From Bacteroidota bacterium (GTDB lineage Bacteria; Bacteroidota; Ignavibacteria; UBA10030): a DNA stretch of 64,000 bases. The position numbers were made by a program, and so were the translations under genes. The stretch lies in contig JBEKOB010000005.1 of assembly GCA_049522195.1 (NCBI GenBank), forward strand, positions 13,150 to 77,149, in the 5' to 3' direction. A model generated the notes under the pieces. The model saw only the letters and a program-made list of their open reading frames with translations. It had not been told where the DNA came from and searched no databases. Positions 18,121 through 26,995 of this stretch are shown here, in pieces; position 1 is the stretch's first letter, and the number at the start of each line of letters is the position of its first letter.

Positions 18121-19989
18121 ATGGCAACGAAGATCCACATACTGGCAGCTGAGGTTGCGAACAAGATCGCTGCAGGCGAAGTAGTGCAGCGTCCCGCTTC
18201 GGCCGTCAAAGAACTGATCGAGAATGCTCTCGATGCCGGCGCGAAGAAGATCACTGTCATCGTCAAGGATGCAGGTAAGACGCTGATGCAGGTGGTGGAC
18301 GATGGGGATGGTATGTCTCCTGAAGACGCTTTACTCGCTTTCCAGCGTCATGCCACGAGCAAGATCTCGACAGCTCAGGATCTCGAGGCGATTGTCACAC
18401 TTGGATTTCGCGGAGAAGCGCTTGCTTCCATCGCTGCTGTGTCGCAGGTGGAATTGAAAACGCGACAGCCTTCGAGCGATCTGGGCACGTTCATCCGCAT
18501 AGAGGGGAATGAGCTGAAAGAACAGGTCCCAGCCGCCGCGGAACCCGGAACGTCGATTACAGTCAAAAACCTCTTCTACAATACGCCCGGCCGGCGAAAT
18601 TTCCTGAAGACTCGAAACACCGAGCTGAAAAACATCTCGGATGTCGTCACCAGAATGGCCATCGCGTTTCCCGGGATTGGCTGGGTGTATGTGAGCGACG
18701 ATGAGCAGCTCCTGGACCTCAAACCGAAAGACGTGGAAGGCCGTCTGGCGGATCTCTTCGGAGAACGGCAATTTCGTTCCCTTGTCAAGCTGAACGAGGT
18801 TTCGGAATTCCTTACGCTCGACGGATTCATTGGCAAACCGGACTTCGCACGGAAGAGCCGTTCAGAGCAGTTCCTCTTCATCAATCGCAGGTATGTGCTC
18901 AACAGGGCCCTCAACCATGCCGTCTTCCAGGCGTACGAGCACCTGATGGTGAAAGGTGCATTCCCGTTCTATGTCCTCAACCTGACGATTGACCCGCGCA
19001 AAGTCGATGTAAATGTCCATCCCTCAAAGCTTGAAGTAAAATTCGAGAACGAATCCGCGATCTATCGGTTCGTGTTGACGTCCGTTCGTAAGACGCTTGG
19101 TGAGCACGATCTTGTCCCTTCGGTGACATTTGGTGGGGGACAGGTGGCGTCAGGTCCGGATGCACACCTTCGTTTCCTCCAGACAGAGCGGATGCAGACG
19201 AATCTTGGGGATCTCGTTCCGCCGGTGCAAAGCGAAACGCCTGATATCGATCTGGGGAGAGTTTTCCGGAACATTGAGCGAAGAATCGGCGACGATGTCC
19301 TCCAGCGAGACGGGGAAGCGACCTTCCCGACCGATCTCCCAAAACCTGCCGCAACGATCCCTGATCGCATCCTTCAGCACAAACCGATCGGCACAGGCGC
19401 TGAGCAGCTTTCTGTCCAGGACGGGAAACCCATCTGGCAGGTACAGAACAAATACATCCTCTCGCAGATACGCACTGGATTGCTTATTATCGACCAGCAC
19501 GTCGCCCACGAAAGGATTTTGTACGAGAAGGCAATCGCGAATTTCGAGAACAGCCTGCCGACGACGCAGCAGCTCCTTTTTCCCCAGACGATCCAGTTGA
19601 GTGCGAGCGATTATTCGCTTGCCAAGGAGCTCGTGCCGCATCTCGAAAAGCTCGGCTTCGACCTGAAACCTTTTGGAAAAAATACGGTTGTCATTGAAGG
19701 GATCCCGGCTGATGTCAGGGCTGGAAGCGAGTCACAGATCCTTCAGGATGTACTGGATGAATATCGCAATAATGAGCATGCTCAGCAGATCGATGCGCGC
19801 GACAATCTGGCCAAGTCCTTTGCCTGCAAAGCTGCAATCAAGGCAGGCGACAGACTCACGACCACGGAGATGCTTATACTGATCGATCAACTTTTTGCGA
19901 CACGCATGCCGTACGTCTGTCCTCATGGACGTCCCATCGTTGTCAAAATATCAGTCGACGAACTCGATCGCAGATTCGGTAGAACATAA
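18121..19989 (+). CDS. mutL: DNA mismatch repair protein MutL
   Basis: IHILAAEVANKIAAGEVVQRPASAVKELIENALDAG. ATG 18121 is preferred over TTG 18097, which overlaps the upstream gene. Confidence 0.9.
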   Translation: MATKIHILAAEVANKIAAGEVVQRPASAVKELIENALDAGAKKITVIVKDAGKTLMQVVDDGDGMSPEDALLAFQRHATSKISTAQDLEAIVTLGFRGEALASIAAVSQVELKTRQPSSDLGTFIRIEGNELKEQVPAAAEPGTSITVKNLFYNTPGRRNFLKTRNTELKNISDVVTRMAIAFPGIGWVYVSDDEQLLDLKPKDVEGRLADLFGERQFRSLVKLNEVSEFLTLDGFIGKPDFARKSRSEQFLFINRRYVLNRALNHAVFQAYEHLMVKGAFPFYVLNLTIDPRKVDVNVHPSKLEVKFENESAIYRFVLTSVRKTLGEHDLVPSVTFGGGQVASGPDAHLRFLQTERMQTNLGDLVPPVQSETPDIDLGRVFRNIERRIGDDVLQRDGEATFPTDLPKPAATIPDRILQHKPIGTGAEQLSVQDGKPIWQVQNKYILSQIRTGLLIIDQHVAHERILYEKAIANFENSLPTTQQLLFPQTIQLSASDYSLAKELVPHLEKLGFDLKPFGKNTVVIEGIPADVRAGSESQILQDVLDEYRNNEHAQQIDARDNLAKSFACKAAIKAGDRLTTTEMLILIDQLFATRMPYVCPHGRPIVVKISVDELDRRFGRT

Positions 19990-20019
19990 TCTATCCACGC
20001 AAGCGGAAAGGCAGAATGT

Positions 20020-21684
20020 ATGCACAATGGTCTGAATGGCATGGGAGAGGGAAGGAAAAGGTGGGAGGAGAATGTCAAGGCCGGTGGAAAGGTGCGTGGA
20101 GTGAAGTTCACGACCGTCAGTGGCGAACCGATCGAGATGCTCTATGATCCGCACGACGTCGAGGCGATTAATTTCCTGAGCGACATTGGGTATCCGGGCG
20201 AGTATCCGTATACGAGGGGAATCCACCCCACAGGATATCGGGGAAGGCTGTGGACGATGCGCCAGTTCGCCGGCTTCGGCACGCCGGAGGACACCAACGA
20301 ACGTTATCATTATCTCCTCGAGCACGGGCAGACCGGGCTTTCCGTTGCGTTCGATCTTCCAACGCTCATGGGGCGCGATGCAGATGATCCGCATTCGGAA
20401 GGTGAAGTTGGGATTTGCGGCGTCTCTGTCAGCTCGCTGGCCGACATGGAGATTCTCTTCAAGGGAATCAACCTCTCACAGATCTCGACCTCGATGACCA
20501 TCAACGCTCCTGCTGCGATGATGATGGCCTTTTATCTGGCTGTGGCTCAGGAGCAGGGGCTCGATTTCAAGACACTGCGAGGGACAACACAGACTGATAT
20601 TCTCAAAGAGTATATCGCACAAAAAGAGTGGATCTATCCTCCCGAACCGTCGATGCGGTTAATCATCGATATGTTCGAGTATCTGAACAGAGAAGTGCCA
20701 CAGTGGAATCCGATCTCCGTGAGCGGGTACCATATCCGAGAGGCTGGCTCGACTTCAATCCAGGAACTCGCGTTTACGCTTGCCGATGGGTTTGCATACG
20801 TCGAGGCGGGAATAGCCCGAGGTCTTGACGTCGACGAGTTTGCACCGAGGATTTCCTTCTTCTTCAATTCCCACGTCGATTTCTTTGAAGAGATCGCGAA
20901 GTTCCGTGCAGCCAGGAGGATCTGGGCCAAGAGGATGAAGAATGAGTACGGAGCGAAGAACCCCCGCTCGCTGATGCTTCGATTCCACACACAGACCGCC
21001 GGTTGTTCGTTGACAGCACAGCAGCCAGAAAACAACATCGTCAGGACTGCCTACCAGGCTCTCGCCGGTGTATTGGGCGGGACGCAATCGTTACACACAA
21101 ACTCGATGGACGAGACTCTGGCACTGCCATCCGAGAAAGCCGTAAAGATTGCGCTCAGAACTCAGCAAATCATAGCCTACGAGACGGGTGTGACGAACAC
21201 TGTGGATCCGCTCGCAGGAAGTTATTTTGTGGAAGCGTTGACGACGAAGATGGAGCAGGAAGCGGAGCTGTATTTTGAGAAAATCGACACGTTGGGGGGT
21301 GTGATCCCGGCCATCGAAGCCGGTTTCTTCCAGCGCGAAATTGCCGATGCTGCATACCGTTACCAGCGTGAATTAGATGCTCGGGAGAAGATCATCGTCG
21401 GTGTCAACGAGTTTATTGAAGCGAACGAGAGCATCGAGATTCCTATCCTTGTGATTTCTCCTGAAGTTGAAGTCAAGCAGCGCAAACGGTTGGGAGATGT
21501 TAGGCAGAGCAGAAACAATGAGGCGGTGGAACGATCCCTTTCAGAACTGAAACAGGCAGCGATCGACCAGAAAAACCTGGTCCCGCGGCTTCTGGGAAGT
21601 ACCCGGTCGTACGTGACGCTGGGGGAAATGTGCGCTGCGCTGGCGGAGGTCTTCGGTCTCTACGAAGAACCAGCCGTGTTTTGA
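20020..21684 (+). CDS. methylmalonyl-CoA mutase family, large (catalytic TIM-barrel) subunit
   Basis: 554 aa. [30 protein letters not shown] and FHTQTAG motifs. No B12-binding domain is present. Confidence 0.85.
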   Translation: MHNGLNGMGEGRKRWEENVKAGGKVRGVKFTTVSGEPIEMLYDPHDVEAINFLSDIGYPGEYPYTRGIHPTGYRGRLWTMRQFAGFGTPEDTNERYHYLLEHGQTGLSVAFDLPTLMGRDADDPHSEGEVGICGVSVSSLADMEILFKGINLSQISTSMTINAPAAMMMAFYLAVAQEQGLDFKTLRGTTQTDILKEYIAQKEWIYPPEPSMRLIIDMFEYLNREVPQWNPISVSGYHIREAGSTSIQELAFTLADGFAYVEAGIARGLDVDEFAPRISFFFNSHVDFFEEIAKFRAARRIWAKRMKNEYGAKNPRSLMLRFHTQTAGCSLTAQQPENNIVRTAYQALAGVLGGTQSLHTNSMDETLALPSEKAVKIALRTQQIIAYETGVTNTVDPLAGSYFVEALTTKMEQEAELYFEKIDTLGGVIPAIEAGFFQREIADAAYRYQRELDAREKIIVGVNEFIEANESIEIPILVISPEVEVKQRKRLGDVRQSRNNEAVERSLSELKQAAIDQKNLVPRLLGSTRSYVTLGEMCAALAEVFGLYEEPAVF

Positions 21685-21710
21685 TCGTACACTGCCAAAG
21701 GGGACATACT

Positions 21711-22610
21711 ATGCGCCCGGTTGTGCGTTTACTCAGACCCGAACAATGGCTCAAGAACTTCTTCATCTTCGCGCCTCTCATTTTTTCGAAACACCTATTC
21801 AATGAAGCGTATCTTGCAACGGCGGTGCAGGCGTTCGTCGTGTTTTCGCTGCTATCGAGCACCGTATATATCTTTAACGACATAGCCGATCGTGAGGCCG
21901 ACAGGCTTCACCCAACCAAGCGAAACAGGCCCATCGCCGCCGGCAAGATCTCGATCCCTCAGTCCATCGGGATTGCCATTGGCTTGCTCATTCTCATCAG
22001 TTTTCTGATGACGCAGTTGAATGCGAAGTTCCTCTTCATCGCCGCCGTGTACTTTGTGCTCAATCTTGGATATTCCTTTTTCCTCAAGCATGTTGTCCTC
22101 GTTGACGTTTTCATCGTCGCCGCGGGTTTTATGCTTCGTGTTTTGGCTGGCGCCTTTGTCATCAATGTCCAGGTATCCGAGTGGCTTGTGCTGTGTACGC
22201 TCTTCGTGTCATTGTTCCTCTCGATCTCGAAGCGCCGTGCAGAACTGATGATTGTGAAAAACTCCGATAATTATGAAGGGCGTGCGGTGTTACGAGGATA
22301 CGACCTCGAATTCCTGGATCAGATGATGACCATCGCCGCCTCAGGGATGGCAATCTCGTACGCCTTGTATACGGTGGCCGAACGAACCATCAGCATCTTT
22401 GGATCATCGAACCTGATCTTTACGACGCTGTTTGTCTTGTTCGGCATATTTCGATATCTTTATCTCATAAGAGCCAGGAAGACGGAAGACAATCCGACGC
22501 ACATGCTTACAACGGATCCCGTCACGCTCTTCAACGTCGCCGCTTGGTTCGCTGTTTGTGTCATCATCATCTACTTTGCAGAAATTAAACTTTGGCTTGG
22601 AGTCCGATGA
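21711..22610 (+). CDS. UbiA-family prenyltransferase (decaprenyl-phosphate phosphoribosyltransferase-like)
   Basis: LRPEQWLKNFFIFAPLIFS and NDIADREADRLHPTKRNRPIA motifs. ATG 21711 lies downstream of the MCM stop. Confidence 0.75.
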   Translation: MRPVVRLLRPEQWLKNFFIFAPLIFSKHLFNEAYLATAVQAFVVFSLLSSTVYIFNDIADREADRLHPTKRNRPIAAGKISIPQSIGIAIGLLILISFLMTQLNAKFLFIAAVYFVLNLGYSFFLKHVVLVDVFIVAAGFMLRVLAGAFVINVQVSEWLVLCTLFVSLFLSISKRRAELMIVKNSDNYEGRAVLRGYDLEFLDQMMTIAASGMAISYALYTVAERTISIFGSSNLIFTTLFVLFGIFRYLYLIRARKTEDNPTHMLTTDPVTLFNVAAWFAVCVIIIYFAEIKLWLGVR

Positions 22611-23755
22611 AACTTCCTGAACCGAAATCACCGACCCGGATAACCGGATTCAAGACGGTTGATCCGACCGTTGTGGTCGTCAAGACGACGCCCGCGACAG
22701 TTCTAGAGGATATCCAGCGCGCGATGGAGATGGCGGGTGTGAAATCCGTACTCGATGCCGGCGCAACCACAATTCTGAAAGACAACATTTCATGGCATTT
22801 CCCGTTCCCTGCCGCGAACACGACTCCGTGGCAGCTGGAGGGGACCATCCTTGGATTACGAAAGTCCGGCTTGAAGGATCTGGTCTGTGTTCAGAACAAG
22901 ACGGTTGTCACGGATGCCTTCAAGGGAGAAGACCTGAACAAATACGTACCGCTCTTCAAGAAGTACGACATTCCGGTCAAATTCAATTTCAAAGATGGAG
23001 ACATGAAGTGGATCGAATACAGGCCGAAGACTCCGCTTCTTGTGCTTGACCAGATCTATCCGGACGGCATCCGTATCCCGGATTTCTTTTTTGGGAAGAA
23101 CATTGTTCATCTGCCGACGGTCAAGTGTCATATCTATACGACAACCACCGGCGCAATGAAGAACGCATTCGGTGGACTATTGAACACCTATCGCCACTAT
23201 ACACATTCATGGATTCATGAGACGCTCGTCGATTTGCTTGCCATTCAAAGAGAGATCCACGCGGGGCTTTTCGCGGTGATGGACGGGACGACGGCGGGGA
23301 ATGGGCCGGGCCCGCGCACGATGTATCCCGAAGAGAAGAATGTTATCCTCGTCAGTGCGGACCAGGTGGCGATTGATGCGGTATCTGCCAAGATGATGGG
23401 CCACGATCCACTAAGCATCAAATACATTCGACTGGCACACGAGCGAGGATTGGGATGTGGAGATCCCCGGATGATCAAGGTACTGGGCGAGGACATTACG
23501 GGCGTGAATTGGAAGTTCTCGGTCGGCGATAACATGGCGAGCATGGCGGGTGATCTGCTCTGGTTTAGTCCTCTCAGAAAATTCCAGAATATCTTCTTCA
23601 GAACTCCGTTGGTGAACTTCTTCATTTTTGGCTCGGAGGCATATCACGACTACTACCGCTGGCCGCTCAGGGACAGGCGAGTGTTCAGCAAGTGGCTGAA
23701 GTCGTCGCAATGGGGCAAACTGTTCGCGTCGTACGAGCCCCGCACCGGCGCCTGA
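22607..23755 (+). CDS. DUF362-like protein
   Basis: ATGA overlap with the upstream gene. The N-terminal pattern VVVVKT...ILKDN resembles DUF362, but this is recalled from memory only. Confidence 0.5.
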   Translation: MKLPEPKSPTRITGFKTVDPTVVVVKTTPATVLEDIQRAMEMAGVKSVLDAGATTILKDNISWHFPFPAANTTPWQLEGTILGLRKSGLKDLVCVQNKTVVTDAFKGEDLNKYVPLFKKYDIPVKFNFKDGDMKWIEYRPKTPLLVLDQIYPDGIRIPDFFFGKNIVHLPTVKCHIYTTTTGAMKNAFGGLLNTYRHYTHSWIHETLVDLLAIQREIHAGLFAVMDGTTAGNGPGPRTMYPEEKNVILVSADQVAIDAVSAKMMGHDPLSIKYIRLAHERGLGCGDPRMIKVLGEDITGVNWKFSVGDNMASMAGDLLWFSPLRKFQNIFFRTPLVNFFIFGSEAYHDYYRWPLRDRRVFSKWLKSSQWGKLFASYEPRTGA

Positions 23756-23825
23756 ACTACACGCAACGGCGTATTGTCATCGTTGCAGATCCACTCTCAT
23801 AGTACCCGATGAAACTGAAGCTCAC

Positions 23826-24677
23826 ATGGCAACCAGAACGAGATCTGAACTGTTCCTCCTGTCTATCACTCTCATCTGGGGCAGTACCTTTGTCACCTCG
23901 AAGTATCTGCTTGGCACAATCTCGCCTCTCATCTACATCGGCGTTCGATTTGCCGTGGCCATGGTTGCATTTGCTCTGCTGTTCCCTCGAAAGGTATTTA
24001 TTGCGCCGAGAGGTTCGTGGATCAAAGGGGGAATCCTGGGAATTTTGCTATTCATTGGTTTTGCCACGCAGACTGTCGGACTCCAGTATACGGGAGCTAC
24101 CAAATCGGCCTTCATCACAGGGATGATGGTTGTTTTCACTCCTCTCTGTCAACTGCTCATCGAACGTCGCGCACCCAGGATCGGCAACATCATCGGGATC
24201 CTGATGGTGACCGCCGGTCTGTACTTCCTCACGTCGCCCGGCGGATCCGAGTTCAATTTGGGGGATGGTCTTAATCTCATCTGCGCCGTCACGTTTGGAT
24301 TCTACATCGTGTACCTCGATGTCTTCTCGAAAGAGCACGACGCCGTGCATCTCACTATGGCACAATTCGTCACCTGCACCGTGCTGGGATTGGGTTCGGC
24401 ATTCCTTTTCGAGAACGTCAGGTTCGCCCCGTCTGTGGGGGGTGTGATGGCACTCGTATACCTGATCGTTTTTGCCACCATCATAGCGCTGTTTGTCCAA
24501 AACAGATACCAGAAAGACACAACGCCAACAAGGAGCGCAGTCATTTTCTCGATCGAGCCGGTCCTTGCTGCCGGGTTCGCTTATCTTCTCCTGGGAGAGG
24601 TTCTTGGCGCCATAGGAATGCTGGGTGGCGCGATGATTGTCGGGGGCGTGCTTGTGTCGGAGCTTTCACCGGGGTAA
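23826..24677 (+). CDS. EamA/DMT family transporter
   Basis: About ten TM segments, WGSTFV near the N-terminus, and a duplicated EamA-like architecture. Confidence 0.8.
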   Translation: MATRTRSELFLLSITLIWGSTFVTSKYLLGTISPLIYIGVRFAVAMVAFALLFPRKVFIAPRGSWIKGGILGILLFIGFATQTVGLQYTGATKSAFITGMMVVFTPLCQLLIERRAPRIGNIIGILMVTAGLYFLTSPGGSEFNLGDGLNLICAVTFGFYIVYLDVFSKEHDAVHLTMAQFVTCTVLGLGSAFLFENVRFAPSVGGVMALVYLIVFATIIALFVQNRYQKDTTPTRSAVIFSIEPVLAAGFAYLLLGEVLGAIGMLGGAMIVGGVLVSELSPG

Positions 24678-24812
24678 GGGGGGGAGCAGACCCCTCGAAT
24701 GCCATTTTTGGAAACGGGATTGGATGCGTTTGTCCGGGGACACACAGCCTGCGAATTCCTGAAAAAAGTACTTGAGTTTGACTGGAGCATGATGTACCTT
24801 CTTCCAGCGAAC

Positions 24813-25244
24813 ATGAAGACCGCACTGAGATTGATAATTCCACTTGTTTTCACCGCGCTTGCGGTGGGGCAGCTATTCGCGGGTTCTGTCATCAAGGACT
24901 ACAGTCTTGTGGCAAGTCCCAAGAATGGAAATGTCAGCGTCATTTGGCAGACGGTGAACGAGACAAACGTCTTGAGATTTGAGATCTGGAGAGCACCGGT
25001 TTCATTGCAGACGGGCGCGGCTCAGGAATTCACCTTCGCAGGTTCGATGAATCCTCTCGGTGCCGGTCGCCAATATGAGTTTATCGACCAAGCTCCTTTC
25101 AAGGTGACGAACAACTTCTTTGTATACAAAGTCCGCGTTGTCTTCCAAGACGGCACCTTTGCGGATTCAGACGTTGTCAAGACAGAAGCTCTCAGTTCAA
25201 CCGCAAAACGCACGTGGGGTAGCATTAAGGCGATGTTCCGATAA
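24813..25244 (+). CDS. secreted hypothetical protein (143 aa) ending in ...TWGSIKAMFR
   Basis: Internal ATG 24813 yields the signal peptide MKTALRLIIPLVFTALAVGQLFA. The body is beta-rich. Confidence 0.55.
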   Translation: MKTALRLIIPLVFTALAVGQLFAGSVIKDYSLVASPKNGNVSVIWQTVNETNVLRFEIWRAPVSLQTGAAQEFTFAGSMNPLGAGRQYEFIDQAPFKVTNNFFVYKVRVVFQDGTFADSDVVKTEALSSTAKRTWGSIKAMFR

Positions 25245-25272
25245 TTGTCTGACCATACATTCTACCTCTGAG

Positions 25273-25298
25273 GCGATACACTGTTATCGCTTTTTTTG
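25273..25298 (+). terminator. intrinsic terminator
   Basis: gcgata-cactgt-tatcgc followed by T7. Confidence 0.7.
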
Positions 25299-25309
25299 TT
25301 TTAGGACGA

Positions 25310-25894
25310 ATGAATCTACCACCACTGATACTTGCATCGCAATCGCCAAGACGGAGAATTTTGCTGAGGCAAATTGGACTGAAGTTCACTGTCCGGCCCA
25401 GTGATGTGCCTGAAGATGTCCTCGATCATGAAGCGCCGGAACACAACGCGAAGAGGATTGCTCTCAGCAAAGCTGTCGAAATAGCGAAATGTGTCAGGCA
25501 TGGAATTGTCATAGGGGCAGACACGATTGTTGTTCTTGGCGACAAAATCCTTGGAAAGCCGCGCACGCGCGATGATGCGAAGAGGATGCTCAAAAGCCTG
25601 AGCGGCAGGATGCACACGGTCTATACAGCATTTGCCCTGATCGATGCCAGGACACAACGAAGGACAGTGCAGATTGAGAAGACGAAGGTCTGGTTTCGAA
25701 AGCTCTCACGCCGCGAAATTGAAGAGTATGTCGCTTCCGGTTCACCGATGGACAAAGCAGGAGCGTACGGAATTCAGGATGATTATGGAGCGGTGTTTGT
25801 CAGGAGGGTGGAAGGCTGTTTCTACAATGTTGTAGGATTCCCCTTGACGAAGTTCTACATGACACTCCAGGACTTTGTGGGGAACCATCGTTGA
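25310..25894 (+). CDS. maf: Maf-like nucleoside triphosphate pyrophosphatase
   Basis: LILASQSPRRRILL...GADTIVVLGDKILGKP...KAGAYGIQ. Confidence 0.9.
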   Translation: MNLPPLILASQSPRRRILLRQIGLKFTVRPSDVPEDVLDHEAPEHNAKRIALSKAVEIAKCVRHGIVIGADTIVVLGDKILGKPRTRDDAKRMLKSLSGRMHTVYTAFALIDARTQRRTVQIEKTKVWFRKLSRREIEEYVASGSPMDKAGAYGIQDDYGAVFVRRVEGCFYNVVGFPLTKFYMTLQDFVGNHR

Positions 25895-25921
25895 CAATTG
25901 AACTGAACTGAGGTGTAGGCC

Positions 25922-26338
25922 ATGGAAAGAAAAACTCGGGTGCTCATTGCGAAAGCAGGGCTCGATGGTCATGATCGTGGAGCCAAGGTGGTTGCTGCTG
26001 CGCTCCGGGATGCCGGTATGGAGGTGATCTACACAGGTTTGCGGAAAACTCCCGAGATGATCGTTGAAGCGGCGCTGCAGGAGGACGTTGATGCAGTTGG
26101 AATCAGTCTGCTCAGCGGTGCACATATGACAATTTTCCCAAAAGTGCTACAACTCATGCGTGCGAAGGGACTCGATGACGTGCTTCTTTTCGGGGGAGGC
26201 ATCATTCCTGAAAAAGATATCAATGAGCTGAAGAAGATGGGTGTGGGTGAGCTGTTCACTCCGGGTGCATCGACAACTGAGATCGTTTCGTATATCAAAC
26301 GCTGGTCCGGAGAGCGGGGCGGCGAGGTTCGAGTGTGA
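25922..26338 (+). CDS. methylmalonyl-CoA mutase family, B12-binding small subunit
   Basis: [27 protein letters not shown] contains the DxHxxG cobalamin-binding motif. 138 aa. Confidence 0.85.
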   Translation: MERKTRVLIAKAGLDGHDRGAKVVAAALRDAGMEVIYTGLRKTPEMIVEAALQEDVDAVGISLLSGAHMTIFPKVLQLMRAKGLDDVLLFGGGIIPEKDINELKKMGVGELFTPGASTTEIVSYIKRWSGERGGEVRV

Positions 26339-26375
26339 CGAGGAGCTGACGATCAGAATCAGACACGACATGAAA

Positions 26376-26416
26376 ACAAAAACCCGCTCACGATCGCTCG
26401 GAGCGGGTTTTTGTTT
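26376..26416. terminator. bidirectional intrinsic terminator between convergent genes
   Basis: aaaaacccgctc...gagcgggttttt, with an A-tract on one side and a T-tract on the other. Confidence 0.75.
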
Positions 26417-26432
26417 TTCTGAGAGATGAAAA

Positions 26433-26636
26433 TTAGGGTGCCTTCTTAACGTTCACAGCCTGTAGACCCTTGGCGCCCTGTTCAACTTCGAATTCCACAG
26501 TGTCGCCTTCCTTCAGCGTCTTGTAGCCTTCGCCGTTGATGGACTTATAATGCACGAATACGTCTTCACCAGTGCTTCGCTTGATGAAGCCATATCCTTT
26601 CGCATTATTGAACCACTTGACTGTACCTTGTTCCAT
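26433..26636 (-). CDS. cspA: cold-shock protein (CspA family)
   Basis: [15 protein letters not shown] and FVHY RNP motifs. 67 aa. Confidence 0.95.
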   Translation of the reverse strand: MEQGTVKWFNNAKGYGFIKRSTGEDVFVHYKSINGEGYKTLKEGDTVEFEVEQGAKGLQAVNVKKAP

Positions 26637-26836
26637 AAGGTTACTTCTTCCTTATAGGGTTGAACATGCACACCTAATTTTTGTCTCTCAAAAACAAAAG
26701 ATGTCCAGCTGTGCCCGACACCCTTCATTAAGGTTGTTGTACACACCCCCGTAGTGCCAATTCACGAGCAATGCGGAGAGAGACAGCCAAAACCACTTCT
26801 GTTGAAACAAAAACGGTGTTGGTGGATTACACCGCG

Positions 26837-26865
26837 AGTATAGCACTTGTTGGAATTAAAAGCAA
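26837..26865 (-). promoter_or_regulatory. sigma70-type promoter of csp (TTGCTT-17 nt-TATACT), implying a 5' UTR of roughly 190 nt
   Basis: Hexamers read on the minus strand with an exact 17-nt spacer. Confidence 0.5.
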
Positions 26866-26995
26866 GACCCGCCCGCCGAACTGAGAAGGGCTGGGAACAG
26901 AAATCTGGCGGCGCACCGGGACTCCGTCAACCGATTTGGAAGAGAGTTGAGCATAATCCTTTGAAATCCAAGGACTTTGACTTGGTGCCCAGGAT

